64,000 nucleotides of DNA from the human T2T-CHM13v2.0 reference genome, Homo sapiens. Below the pieces are notes generated by a model. That model did no database searches. It was given only the letters and a program-made list of their open reading frames with translations, and was not told the DNA's origin. Within the stretch, counting starts at the first letter, position 1. Every line of letters starts with the position of its first letter. The stretch lies in assembly GCF_009914755.1 (NCBI RefSeq), contig NC_060927.1. One strand, written 5' to 3'. Below are positions 44,785 to 64,000 of this stretch, piece by piece. Both the position numbers and the translations under genes were made by a program.

Positions 44785-47700
44785 ATATCCAAGCCAACCA
44801 TCACGTAATTAACAATTTATAAACTTCATATTTGCTTTAGTGTTTTAACCCTATTGCAACTCCCACAATCATTAATATAAAATGAAAGTATGTAAAATAG
44901 TGTATTTTAGTTGACAACCAAACCCAATTTTAATGAGTAGAAAACTTTCCCTGCAAATAGTGTGTTTTATCTCAACTTTAACAAGCCAGGTTACATCGTT
45001 TTGTCTATGATTGCCTTTAGTCACTGTTCTTGCATCTGATGCCTTGTCAAAGTGGCAAACCTCTAAAATCTCCAAGAATCTCAAGTTTCTAAGACAATCT
45101 GAATTGACAATGAAACGTCTGTAGATGACAGCCACTAACAGACAGTTTAGTGCACAATAAACCACAGTGTAAGTAGTTTTACAAATGACTTACAAAGTCA
45201 TACGACTCTAAATGGTATAAACCAAAATATTCTTGTTTTACAATGACTTCTCCCACTGTGTAATTTTTTTAAAAGTTGGCAAATAGGAATTTACATATCT
45301 AGAAGACATTTAGCACAGACACTCTCATATAAATAGTGGTAGAGACCAAGGCTAAACACTGAAAATTCCTTTAGAAATCTTGATATGATAATATCTCCAG
45401 AAATTATTTTTGGTTCAACGGAAAATAAAATAAAAATCTAATCTAGAGATACTTCATGGCGATAACACTGAAATACAACTAGTCAGGGTAGATGACAGCT
45501 GGCTATTTCATTACAAAGTCAAAATTACAAGTTTATTTGGTAAGCAGCTTTATATTCTTAAGTTTTAGTAATATTTATACAGAACACAACAGGTGACAGA
45601 TTTTGGCCATTTCTTTAAAAATAACTTCATTGAAAAAATAAAATTTAATGTCTAAATATTCCCCAAATTTTACAAAAGTTTTGCTCAAAAAAACTTATTC
45701 TGAAAAGAAGAATCCACCAATACTGACTTCCTTATAGAGTCTCTTATAAAGAGTTCTTAAAATTGCTTTATTATGGAAAAAAAGTACTGTATGGGAAGAT
45801 ATCAGTCTAGTCCATTTCACGGAAGGGGAGTTGTAATTTGTATGATATATACAAATCCTAATGGAGTTTATAATTCTTATACAATTTTCTTGACCAGCTC
45901 ATAAAATGAAGGTAAAAATATAACAAAGATTTATTATTTGTAAGAATATGATGATACAACTGCTACTGTAATACGTCATTTTGCAGAAAGCATTTAAAAT
46001 CACCTTTAAAAATGGTAAAAGGTTGTGGAAATCATGAATAAGCATATATAAAGTAAAAAGAGAAAAATACTGTACTCATGTCATGGGATTAGATACTGCT
46101 TACTTGGAATATAATTTCCAGAGACAATTATCATAAGTGGATTTTAAAAGCACTAAAATTAATTTGAAATAACTTAGAAAAAATGAGAAAAAAAAAGCTA
46201 TTAGGTGATTTGAAAGGTGGCTCTAGCCACACATTGCCATTCAAAGTTGCCCATGCAGGATTTAAGTTAAATTGCTTCAGAAAATTAAGACTAGTAATGA
46301 ACCATTATAGGCAAATATTTTTAAATCTCATTTTTATTCATAAAACTTGTGAAAGAAATTTGGCCTTTTTTCGATGAAAAAAATACGTAGTAACTTTTAT
46401 TCAGCATTTCCTTGTATTAGGATTTAGAGAGTATTGCTTACATCTGTATATGCATATACATACTGTATATATGTGTATAAATTATACATATGCATATATA
46501 ATGTATATAGATTTTATGCATCATATTTGGAATACATATATATATAAATCAAATAAACTACTTCAGTAGTGAATCTTCCTCTATATTCAAGACTAATGTA
46601 GAAAAATTTATTTTACTGTTATGGTAAAACATTAAATATATATTATATATAATATATAAAATCATATTTATAACATTAGCATTTGAGAAAATTATAGTGG
46701 GTCACAATATCTTCTATATTTCACTATTAAAATTGTAAATAGTTCACAAGCTGTAAAGTACCATTATAAAAATAATTTTGCTTTGATCTAATTCCCCACT
46801 AGAGTGCAGTGTGAATTTAAAATTAAAACTACAGCATCTGGAAATTCCCAAGACATAAAAATGGCATTACTATAATTCTGTAAATATCTAACATACACAT
46901 ATTCTAACACAACATTCAGCTTCAGTGGTGTGTGTGTGTGTACAGCACAGCTAACGAACTCACCAATATTTAGCCACACAACTCAGATACTAAAGATAAA
47001 CCAGGGGAAAGTCACAGAACAGAAGATAATCTAAACTGTTTGTCACATGTTATCATAAGTTCTTTACTAAAAAGCATTAATTGTTTTACATCACCTCCTA
47101 ACTTAAATATCACTTAGGAACTTCAAAAATGAGAACATTTTAATTAGGAACATCTTACTTTTATGACAGGAAATTACATTATAGAAGACTACATAAGGCA
47201 AATGAAGGTTAATGGATTGCATTTCAAGTACAGTTTTTATCACATCACAGCATCACATTAAATTTGTTGGTCTCAATACAACCATGGCTTTTACAAGTTG
47301 ATGGAAGTCTTAACTGAATATTTGCAGACTCACCTACAAAAATTAAGCCCAGAGTGGCAGAATGAGATACAGAATGGAACTTTTAAATGCATTCCTTTCT
47401 TCCTTTTAAGCAGTAGACTTTTTAGAATTGTAAGCTTCAAATCAGAATTTCTATTTTGAGTCCTCAGTTTCAAAAAGAAATTTTACCTTAATCTTCAAAT
47501 GACTCACCATGAAAGCACTAAAATATTTTTGAGGCCAAATGGGAGCCCATAGTTTAACCTCGAAAATAAAAACAACAACATTTTGTTAAAAAAGGTAAAT
47601 CATTCAAGTAGAATCTACTACTATATAAATAATAGATCAGATATGTCTTAAATTTCAACGTCACGAATGTATTCCTCAAAGTTTCAAAGACCAATGAAAA

Positions 47701-48312
47701 ATTATATTATATTACTATTATTACATTTTTTTAGCCAACAGTACACAAATCTTTTCCTGTATTCTGACCTACTGTTCCTATTTTAGGGATATCTTCTTGA
47801 ATCAGTCATGCCATCAGGGCCTCCTTGGCAAAACATGATCCCCCTGGAGTTATGCCACACAGCGTGTCTGCCATCACACCAGGGATGCTGAGGCTGCACT
47901 GTGAGTCCTGCTCTTGAGTTCTCAGACCAGATTTTTTTAAAGCTACTTTAAACATCAACCCTATTTTCTTGAAAATGCACCAAATATCTTTGTGCTTTCA
48001 GCTAGTTCTACTCTACTTTGGATCTAAAACAGCTTACATAAAACTTAAGAAAGGTTTGCCCCAGAAAAATTTCTGAAGACCTGAGTTAGAGAATGATTGT
48101 TCTTATGTATATCTGGTGAAAAGTTATGCCAAGAAAAAAAGTAGGCACCCTACAAGTTATTAAAAAGTCATATGACAAATATATGTTAAGTACCTGCCAT
48201 GTGCTAGCACTCGTTTAGCCACTTAGGATATTTGTACATCACATCACACAATACCCTAGTTCTCTGTGAAGTTTGAGAAGAGAGAGATAATGTAGGCTAG
48301 ACTGACTATGAC

Positions 48313-51563
<3,251 letters not shown>

Positions 51564-52017
51564 TGACTTTTAACAGTAAGGCTAAGAGGAGAATTGTGAT
51601 GAAGATTTCGGCTTGTAAATCCAGTAGCTATATGCTTTTGTTCTTTTTTTTTTTTTTTTAAGAGACAGCTTTGCTTTCTCCTTCTCTCATTTATAATGCT
51701 TAAAGTCTCAGGTTTTCTTTCTTTTCTCATTGATTCTGTCTTCTTAAAATATATTTTAATACTTTGGTGATTTCAACTGCTGTCCATGCCTAGTCTTTTT
51801 GTAATATAGACTTTCTTATATTATCTGCAACCAGTTTTTCCATAACAATTCTTATAAATGTCATAATTACTCTTAGATCAATGTTTCCTTTTACAGTTTT
51901 CTCCCTTTCACTATTAAAGGAGAAGAGCAGATACTAACGATTCAGGATATCTTCAGGCTATATGAGAATATTTTCTTATACCCAGATAAATTTCCCTGAA
52001 AATTTACGCATCCTAAC

Positions 52018-52929
<912 letters not shown>

Positions 52930-53981
52930 AATTAACTCTCTTGCAATAATTAATATTAAAATTAGAAAGTAACCCAAATTTCCAAGGAAAAATATTTGTC
53001 AAGAAAATGTCTTAAAACAAATTACCACCTAACCAAAACCATGTTTTTTAGTTAAATGAATTAAATATCCCAGCTGTATCCCTAATCCCAAACATACTTG
53101 AGTAAAAGTTGAAAGAAATAAGTTAACTCTTTCCCATATGAAGAACTTGATCACCTGATGCACATCCATGACAGACATAACTAATCAATTATGACAATCT
53201 TTCCTTCAGAGGCTGGATTTGGTTTCACAGGACACATTGCAGGGATCCACAAATTACTCAGATTTACCATATAAGAAGAAATTTATTTGCTATACTAGAT
53301 ACATTGACTAATGTATCACTATCGAATTTGACTTAGAGAGAGTAGAAACTCATTAAAAAGATAAACTAGGTAGTATTCATTTTTCACTATGGTACCATTT
53401 AACATATTTTTCTATTATCCAAATAAGTTTGAAAGATTGTTTAATAAGTTTGTAGAACTAAGTCTAGACTGTTAAAAGAATCCAAATTGAAAATTACTTA
53501 TAGCAGTTATTATAAATAAAAATGTACTGCAGGGTAGTAAATTTAAGATAAAAAATAATTATACATATACAATAGAGATTTTTTTCATATGTAGGAGACT
53601 TTAGTAAATGTTTTGTTATATTTATATTTTGCAAATGCATTATATTTAGATTTAAGCTCCAAATAGAGAAATGATGGATATGGATAGAAATATAGATCTA
53701 AGAAAAAATGTGAAAGATTAAGTATTAAAATTAAATTGTAAAAAACTGGGTTTCTTAGACCTGAAAAGGAGGCAAGGAAGAGCCTTAATAAAAGTCTTAA
53801 AGCAAATAAAGGAATATTATTAATTGAAGGTGGTTTTTAGCTTCTGTCCACTTCTATTAATGAAAGAAAAATAATGAGTTAAAACTATAGCATGAATAGT
53901 TAAGTTTACATATAGTATTAAGAGAGGAAGTTCCTTGGACATTTTTTGTTTTTATTTTTCACAGTCATCTAACTCGGGTAG

Positions 53982-54344
<363 letters not shown>

Positions 54345-55274
54345 GAGAATGGAAAGTTTTAACACCAAGGATTCTTTATGAAAGTTACTTATAAAAGTAT
54401 ATTTCTATTGTATCATTAATACATATATTTTCATTTAAAAATGGGTTTAGTAGATTATTAAACTATAATTGCCCTTTTGAATGTTTCTTTATAATTAAAA
54501 TGGAACTTGGCAAAATGGAGGTCTTAGAACTATTAGTTATTTTTTCACCTTTTCTGTAGCTTTAGTTTTTTTTTTAAATTTAGTTTTCAACAAATTTTTT
54601 TTTGCATTTTTTATATTTTACTTTTATGCTGTGAAAGAACTGTTAATTAAAAAAAGGAAGTTCCGTTTTTTATTTAGGTTAAGATTTAAGAAATGTAGGG
54701 TACAAAACTATGAGTTTCACTTTGTCAGTATGTGAATTTTAAACTAAATATCAACTCCAATTCTCTGGTGAATTCAAAGATCACTTTTAGGAGTTCTGAT
54801 GATTAATTTACTTACAGTAGTGGTACAAAAAGCAAGGATTATCAAAGTGTGCTGACTGTAACATGTTCAAGTTGTGTGGCCTCCAGCAAACCCTTCACCC
54901 CTCTGACTCTGTTCTCCCATTTGTAAGAAGGAGGTGAACAAATGATCTCTATTCCCTTCCAATGCAATAAATCCTGGCCCACTTGGAAAAGTGATATTTC
55001 ACACTCATGTTCATGGAACCATTATTGACGTCAGGGCAACATGGTGTTTTGTCTTTAAAATATATCTTAAAAATTTTTGTTTGCTTTGACTTCAAGGGAG
55101 ATAAATCATTTCAACATATGTTTTATCATTTAATTTTCCTCTCATTGTGGCAGATCTCAAATCTTCAATACTGTGTGTGCTAATGTATAAAACTTTTGCA
55201 TTTGATGATGCTCTCAGAATTCAACTACACAAACAAAAGACTTGATGGTACTAGATTCAAGGATAGACAAACGG

Positions 55275-55553
55275 GGCCAGGTACAGTGGCTCATGCCTGT
55301 AATCCCAGCACTTTGGGAGGCCGAAGAGGGTGGATCACCTGAGGTCAGGAATTCGAGACCAGACTGTCCAACATGGTGAAACCCTGTCTCTACTTACAAA
55401 CACAAAAATTAGCCAGGCGTGGTGGCAGGTACCTATAATCCCAGCTACTCAGGAGGCTGAGGTAGGAAAATCGCTTAAACTGGGAGGAGGAGGTTGCACT
55501 CCAGCCCGGGTGACAAGAGTGAAACTACGTCTCAAACAAAACAAAACGAAAAA
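55275..55553 (+). mobile_element. AluSx-like with right-arm deletion
   Basis: gaggttgca|ctccagccc lacks the segment between two TGCA motifs; TSD gacaaa(c/t)gg. Confidence 0.93.
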
Positions 55554-56205
55554 GGACAAATGGACTACATTGCCATGAACTTCCTTCACATCTAAGATGT
55601 TATAGATTTGTGGCTCCATAGATACCTGTTTTTAAAATTTGTAGTGATGTCACTTGGCCATTTTTTTAATCTTATTTTTTTTTTAAATCCTGCCTTGTCC
55701 TGAGTTTTTAGGTAGGTTAAAATATGTTTTAAATAAACATGAGTTTTCTCCCAGAAATGCTGAAATCAGGAGATACCTTGCTGTACATTGGATATTGTTA
55801 TTTACTATCAACTTCAGTTCACTGTATCTATAATCTACCAATGAGAGAGCAATCTACTTTACTCGATCCAAAATTCCAGTGATAAAAACTGAAAAGGTTG
55901 TAGAAACTTTAAAATTGCAAGTTTCAAGTAATAAATGTATAGATCAATAATAACGGGACAGAAACGAAATACTAAGAGAACATTTGAGCCAAATTAAATG
56001 GCATAATAGGCAAATGTTTAGATATAATATTGTGTCATACTCGTTTGTAATTCAATGGTGCTCGTTAGTAAAACAACTATTATTGCAGGCTTAATGCAAG
56101 CTAAACTACAATTTTATGCGCAAAAACCATGGACAGTGGCAATCTCTTTTTCCTAAAACAAATAATACATGTATTTAAATATGATCTACCCATTCAATGT
56201 TCACT

Positions 56206-56496
56206 TTTTCTTTCTTTTTGAGATGGAGTCTCACTCTGTCGTCCAGGCTGGAGTGCAGTGCGATCTTGGCTCACTGCAACCTCCGCCTCCCGGGTTCAAG
56301 CAATTCTCCTACCTCAGCCCCCTGAGTAGCTGGGATTACAGGCACCTGCCACCACACCCAGCTAATTTTTGTATTTTTAGTAGAGATAGCGATTCACCAT
56401 CTTGGCCAGGCTGGTCTTGAACTCCTAACGTCATGATCCACCCGCCTTGGCCTTCCAAAGTGCTGGGATTACAGGTGTGAGCCACCATGCCCTGTC
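56206..56496 (-). mobile_element. Alu (AluS)
   Basis: Full reverse dimer. Confidence 0.95.
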
Positions 56497-57639
56497 CACT
56501 TTCTTTTTTAAAAATAAAAGATTTCTGTCCCACCTGGAAAAGCACCCTGGGGAGAAAGATGTTATTTTGTCTGAAATCTGTGCAGATAAAGGGATGTTAT
56601 TGCTGACTGTATTGTACATTTAACCACGTGTTAACCTGATAACTTCATTTATTGCATGACAGGACAGTGGCAGAAGGTGGCATGAAAGGGTAGATCTCTA
56701 CTCAACTCATGTTGGCTTGTTTTAGTTCAACTTTTAATAATATTTTACTAAAATTGTAAATAGGCACAACTTGGGACTTTCCTGGACAAACACTCACACA
56801 CTCTTAAATAATGTTTCCAAATTCTACTAGTTTTGCATTCTGATTGCTTAATTAAGCAAGTTTACTTCACGTAATTGGAGTTAGAAAGTGAGGTTTTTCT
56901 TTAGGAACTTCAAAATAAGAAAGGTCTCTGAAGAATTAATCTTTGAAATCAATACATAATGTATCAGAAAAAAAATCTTCAAAGTCATCTTGGAGAGAAA
57001 GAATGCTCCCAGACGAGCATGAGTTCAGAAGTAATTTGACGTAACTTGAATAAACACATCCAGAGACATGAAGAAATACTGACTTCAAGGAAATGGTCAA
57101 CCATGGAAACACAGGAACAAGTCACAGAAGGGAGTGTCACCTGGGTTTGTTAAAGCACTCTTCAGTGGAGATAAGTCTTGTAGTTAAAACTTGGCTAGTG
57201 GCATGACCATCTCTGTCGTCAGAGACATTGCAGGCTGCCATGTCCTGAAGTTATAAAATTATTGTATCATTTCACTTTACCTGTCCTGATTTCATGACCA
57301 TCATGCAACCTTCTGATTTTGATCTGACTTTCCTTGTAAGTCTGTATACAAGGGGCAAATGAGCTGGGTCATAAGAATTTGATATATTTTTGGTCTCATG
57401 AGAATAATTTCCTACTGAGATCTCAGCATCTTACTTAATTTCATGCTCTTACTAGATAGGTTAGACCCCAGTATTCATAAAATATGTCTTGTTCAAAAGA
57501 AGTATTTAGAGTAACTGGCACCAATACCGTATTTGAGATTGCTCATAATCAACTGGTATTTTATGAAGGACATTAATGAAAATGTCAGTATTTTTAGTGT
57601 TTGTTTATAAATGATTATAAACACTTAAATAATGTTACT

Positions 57640-57790
57640 AACTACAAATCTAATTCACTTAATACTCAAAGCACTGCCAATGAGGTAGGTACTGTAATTA
57701 TCCCCAATTTACAGATGAGAAAACTGATTCACAGCCAGCAAGTCGCAGAGCTGGGTTTTGAACTCAGGCACTGGCTTTAGACTCAGGGCG
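57640..57790 (-). mobile_element. MIR
   Basis: atgaggtaggtactgtaattatccccaatttacagatgagaaaactga...gcagagctgggttttgaactcaggc. Confidence 0.75.
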
Positions 57791-58610
57791 TAATGACATA
57801 CCAGATTATAACAAACGAGGAGATCACACAATCTAACATCTTCCCACATATAAAAAGACATGAACAAATTCTTCAAAAATTTCGTGGCCATTCTTCACTA
57901 ATATTTCTTTGTTTCTTTGTTCAGTACCTTTTTCTAGCATCAGCTTTTAACTGGCATCTTGTACTGTGGAAGTACACTGCAGTCATTTATTTAATCGAAG
58001 TCTATTAAAATAAGAGTGCTAAACACTAATCAACACCATATGTTTTTCAATTAACTGGTGATACATATCTATTTCTCAAGCTCATGATAACTAATGGAGC
58101 ACTTTGGGTGGCTTAAACTATTTAAGACCATAATTAATTTAGAAAAATCAACTTATAAAATATGAAAACTTTCCTATGGTGACTTTTTTTCTCTCCCTCT
58201 CACCCTATACACACACACAGATACACACACACACAAAGACATATATGTACTTTTAAAATATTACATAGATATTCCATTTCATTCTTTTTGTAAGGAGAAT
58301 GAAGTTAGTGAAGAAACCAGAAGGGAACAAAGTTCTCATGAGGAATACTTACACATTTTACTCAAAATAACATTTAACATTAAACTTGAAAACTTTATAA
58401 TAGATATATATTTAATTAAAATTAGGAAATATTATTTTAACATTGGTTTATAACTTGTGGAGTAAAATAGCAAAGGAGGCTCAACTGTGTAGAGTCGTAT
58501 GTTTATTCGGACAGCGATGGTAGCTGTCCACAATAATGTAGAGTTGTCACTGGGATGCAGTTGGACACTGAGAGACTATCTTTCCCAGCCTTCCTTTCTC
58601 CCAGGGTAGC

Positions 58611-58715
58611 TGTGGTAGGCAGAATGATGCAAGCTCCACACACAAGAATGTCCACACTCTACTCTCCAGAACCTGTGAATATGGCAAAGGGGATGTTGCA
58701 TGTCATTAAGTAAGT
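58611..58715 (+). mobile_element. MLT1D-like LTR 5' fragment
   Basis: tgtggtaggcagaatgatg...atgtccacactctactctccagaacctgtgaatatggcaaagggga. Confidence 0.6.
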
Positions 58716-58851
58716 GGGTCTAGAAATCGTGCACCCTGTTAGAATTCATGAAGCTGCAGTCAATAACCTAAACTTCACCTTTCAATACCAGAAATGGAGT
58801 GTACACAGGAATCACGGAGGAAAGATGGGAAAGGAAGAGCCTTAAGAGGCA

Positions 58852-58927
58852 GAAACCTAATTTTCAAAGTTTATTCTGTGGACAAAGACGAAACCGAATT
58901 TTCAAAGTTTATTCTGTGGACAAAGAC
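58852..58927. repeat. 38-bp tandem duplication
   Basis: gaaacc(t/g)aattttcaaagtttattctgtggacaaagac x2 with one mismatch. Confidence 0.95.
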
Positions 58928-59106
58928 AAAGCATTAGATTTATTTTAGTAAGTAAAATGATAGATTTGTAGTTTCATAAGATACTGCTGGCAACACTATG
59001 GAGAGAGACTCGGAGTGGAGAGATGAAAGACCAATGGCAATTAAAACAGTATTTCCTGCTAAATCCTACCTATAATAGTCTTGCTTCACATGGGAAAGTG
59101 CATTGA

Positions 59107-59480
<374 letters not shown>

Positions 59481-61903
59481 GTGTGCATACTTTTTAAAAT
59501 ATTTTCAAATATCTAGAGAAATATCTTCTCATGGTATTAGGAACTTTTTGCTTTTAAGCATTTCTATTTCATTTCTTTTTTTCTTTTCTCTTTAGGACTG
59601 GCAGTTCAGCTCTAACACTGGTTACAAAGACAAGTAAATAAAAATAAATATCCAAATGGAATTAGAAACAATCCAGCTGGATTGCTGCTGAGCAGAGAAT
59701 ATACGCTGATTTAGAGCAAGTTCTCTTAGAAAGCCCAACAGCCTCCTAGGCTTAGCAGAAAAACCAGCATTTTTTTTTTCTCTTCATTAGGTGTACAATC
59801 CATTCCTTAACTGGTAACTCCAACATTTCTACAGTTTTTTTCAGGTGGAATTCTTGTCTTTTAGGGTTAAGTTTTGCTCATATACTAAAGTTGGCCCCAA
59901 GGTCATCCCTGACTTCTTATGAACTGTGTTTCTCAACTGGGATTCTGAGAGAGGATCCATTAGGTATGACCTATGGCATAAACTGCAAGTGATGGATTAA
60001 CTTCCCTCTTACATATCCAGAATGGCATAGATAGGAACCATACATAGGGCAACTGAGAAAATGTCACTGGAATCATCTCTTCTGTGGTTCAGACAAGGAA
60101 ACCAAACTAACCAGAGCCTAACACAAATATATACATTGCTAGCCTCAGTCTATACCTTGAGATCTTATATAAAATATTAATTTCACAGACTTATGACAAT
60201 TCATAGTATTCAAACCTCTGTTTAGAGACACAAGTGAGAACTGAGGGGAGATTTGAATCAGGAATAAGGGAACCCGAAAGAGAAGAAAAAAGGAAGGTTC
60301 AATATTATTGAGCAAATTTGGACTGGTTTGTAGATTTGCAGATCTAAAGTGTTAATAAATTCTTTATTACTACCTAGAAAGAGGCATTACAGAAATACTT
60401 GTCTTTATCTTCCTGCTCACCACCAAAAATCTGATATTTTTAGATTTGTATGCCTTGTATGTTAGGTGATAACAATAAGCCAAATTTAAATAGCTCAAAC
60501 TTGTTTTGCTTGGCATACCTCAAAACAGCCATTAATAGACACAGACATGGGCCCAGCCAATTCTACATTGCCTTGTGTCCTGTTGAAAGTGTCCTGTTGT
60601 TCATTAAGCACAAGCATTTCCTTCCAAATGATATTAGGATATTCCAGAAGTGAGCTCTACTTACAGAGCTATATATATGCTAACCCTCATATTACCATCT
60701 GTTATTCTTTGCTAATTCTAACACACTTTTGCCCTGATGTGTTTGTATTGTTTGGAAAAATGAACACTTACCAATTAAATTCAACAATAAAAATGGCCCA
60801 GTGGGTGTAACGAAGCAATAAAAAAACAGTATTCTTGGTAAGTGTTGCCATCACAGTTTGAGATTTTATATTGCTGCTGAGGAGTAATTTCTAAAACAAT
60901 TACTTGTGGGCAAATATATTAATAATATTCAAATACAGTCAAAGTTGAAAATCAAATCTATGAGATGGGAAATTTTAAGTTCAGGCTGACATTCTGTCCA
61001 TGATATGGTATATCCTCTGGGCTCACATACTGCAGCATGTATTAATTTTAATCCAACTGTGCCCTCTTGATGACAGTGCATTTACAAGAGATAGTAAATA
61101 GGTTTTGTTGCAGATAATTCTAGTTTTAAATTCATGTATTAGTAACCTTAATTGCATTTCAAATGAGTGGAAAGTTCCTTTTGAAGTGTCTAGAGGAAAT
61201 TTTTCCAAATATATGTGTCAAGGAATTTGTCGTGGTCACTGAATATAATGGCTAGCAGCCACAAGTTCATAAAGTAATTGCTAATATCGTTAAGTTCTGA
61301 AGGACAAGGTTATATAAATACTAACCTAGTGATATGGGACAAGCCAACTAGGACCGTCTGGAGTAATCTGGTATTGAAGGAAAATTAAATATCAACATAC
61401 AAAACTGTCCCCTATGAATAACCTTATTTCTTTAGTATTTTTTAGTGAAGGTGCAATCCTTGAAACATATCCATACACAGGAAATACTAAGTTCTGTAAC
61501 AAAGGTACAGGCTATTTTTTTTTCCTCTTTACACTAGATAGATTTCCATTCTTATAATTTGGGGTGTAATTTAATCTAGTTTAACATGATAAATCACATG
61601 ACCTACCACTTTACAGTAACTATAAAGGATACTCTGTGAATTTCTAAAATGTAAAATCATCTATGAAAAGTACCTAAAAGTCATATTCAAACAAGTTTTT
61701 CTCCCTTAAATTACATGGCTGTTATTCATCTATAAGAAATATGTGTGTTTTTAAAGAAATTGGCAGTAATTATTGTTTAACATGGTGAATTAAGTTAAAT
61801 ACAGAATTATTTTTAAAAAAATAAACATAGGAAGTCCACAGCAGAAATTGCTTTTTCTATTGTTAATTGGGTTAAATAATTATTATTGGTCTAATTATTT
61901 TTA

Positions 61904-62373
<470 letters not shown>

Positions 62374-63069
62374 TTAAGCTGATGAAGTTGTTCTTCAAAA
62401 ATTAAGAGACACTAACACAATGTGTAGTACTTGTACTTGTAAAACAGTAATTAATGAATAAATGGTTTGACTCATATTCTAAAGAATCATAAAATAAAGA
62501 CTATCATTAAAATATTTCAGTGAAGGAATAAAATAACCTAGGTCTTATTAAAAATTACCACTTCATGAGAAAAACAAGGAGAATGTATCAATATTTTACT
62601 TACTACTGATGCTTATTAAATAACTCTGAGGTACCAATCTATAAAAAAATCAATGGTAATTTCCAGATTCATCTAACAAAGCATGATTCCTCTTAACTCT
62701 GTCTTGTTTAGGAATTGACATAATGATGAAGAGGATATGATTTTTTTCGGCCCATCTACCCTGAAATGGCTCCATCATTCATCTCTTTCTCCATCCCACT
62801 TACTCAAGTGATTCTTTCAACGATAGTGCCCTGTCCCTAACCTCAGGGTTTAGAAACATGGCCCCAAGACTAACAGATTGCAGTAACTTAGTCCAAAGGA
62901 GGACATATGAGCCACACCAGGTCAGAGAAGTTCTGAGAGATTTGGTGTTCAGATGCTGAGAGTTGCTTTCTTTTCCCCTCATTTGCAAGCTGAGATGTCT
63001 GCAATGAGTTGCCAATAGCCTTTGTTTCCCCAGAACAAAGAAATCATATTGTAGCCTGAGAAAATGAAG

Positions 63070-63490
63070 CTGTTCTAGCCACTTCTAAGATTGTTCCTAC
63101 TGAACCTCACCTCTTGGTATTCATGCTGTCATATAGTCCCCTTCCATAATAAACAGGGCTAACATATGTAACCAATAGCACACATTGCAAAAATGATGGT
63201 GTGTGACTCCTCAGGCTAGTTCACAAGACTTCTGCCTTACACTGTTTGTCTTAGATCATCTCTGAGGGAAACCAGCTGCCATGTTGTGAAGACACTCAAG
63301 CAAGCCATGTGTGTGAACTACCATGTTGAAAATGGACCCTCCAAATCCAATCAAGCCTTCAAGAGATTATTGATGTCATGGCCAACATCCTGACTACAAC
63401 CTCATGAAAAAACCTCAGCAAATGCTTCCTAACCAAGCTTCTTCTGAACTCCAGACCTATAGAAAATGTGTGAGATAATTGTTCTTCAGC
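63070..63490 (+). mobile_element. MLT1F-like MaLR LTR
   Basis: cctcacctcttggtattcatgc...tgtaaccaatag...aaaccagctgccatgttgtgaagacactcaagcaagcc...tgactacaacctcatga. Confidence 0.7.
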
Positions 63491-64000
63491 CCAGTCAAGA
63501 CCCTAAGAAGATGGGGGTGGAATTCTGCCTCCTCTACACAAATTCTTGCCACGACTTAGTGACACCTTTAATGAACCGAGCACTGGGTTAAAGTTTTCTC
63601 TAATTCTTAAATAACTCTGCTAGGTAAGTTGCCATTATTATGATCAAACCATACTGAATGTTTGAGTACCTTGACTAAGAAATAAAACTGGGTTTTTGAC
63701 AAAGGTCTATTTAATACCAATGGCCAAGTTCTTTCCACCATGACTCCACGGTTCCTAGTTTCATATACTTACATTAATCTCAGATAAGACAAGAGTAACC
63801 GTTTATAACACTCTTCATTCAAAGAAAATTCTTAGTTATCACAAATTAAATTTTAATTGTTTGAAAATTAATAATTCCTTCTTATGAATAGTTTATATCT
63901 CAACCACATTGAGGAAGTACTTTATTTGACACCTTCCTTCCATATTTCCCCTCCAGGCAGAATAAACTCTTTCACAGTGTAGCCCTTAGTAATTAAAAAT

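Noticed and set aside
55026-55033. Perfect CRE TGACGTCA (plus scattered AP-1 and E-box motifs)
   Set aside because: Isolated short motifs are expected by chance in 64 kb; no clustering or other evidence.

Overview
AT-rich, repeat-dense primate (most likely human/ape) genomic DNA. It is almost entirely intron of a minus-strand gene. The only convincing coding sequence is one 219-nt internal exon (39549-39767, minus strand) encoding a matrin/U1-type C2H2 zinc finger. It is best explained as the extra N-terminal finger exon of a long ZNF385D isoform. The rest is transposon-derived or unassigned: two young L1PA4-like LINE-1 copies (one with a twin-priming 5' inversion), several old L1M pieces (one hosting nested insertions), about 13 Alus, MaLR/ERV solo LTRs, MER/MADE1 DNA elements, MIR/L2 fragments and microsatellites. 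I see no new multi-gene system. The most notable signals are: (1) a 330-bp near-identical tract with shared private mutations between the two inverted L1PA4 copies 38.5 kb apart, which looks like interlocus gene conversion; (2) a strong 3' splice site, in-frame stop and AATAAA 355 nt after the zinc-finger exon, suggesting a one-finger short isoform; (3) the frame-symmetric finger exon lying between inverted Alus and L1s, making it a skipping/circRNA candidate. Repeat subfamily names and the gene identity come from remembered consensus/protein sequences and need RepeatMasker/BLAST confirmation.
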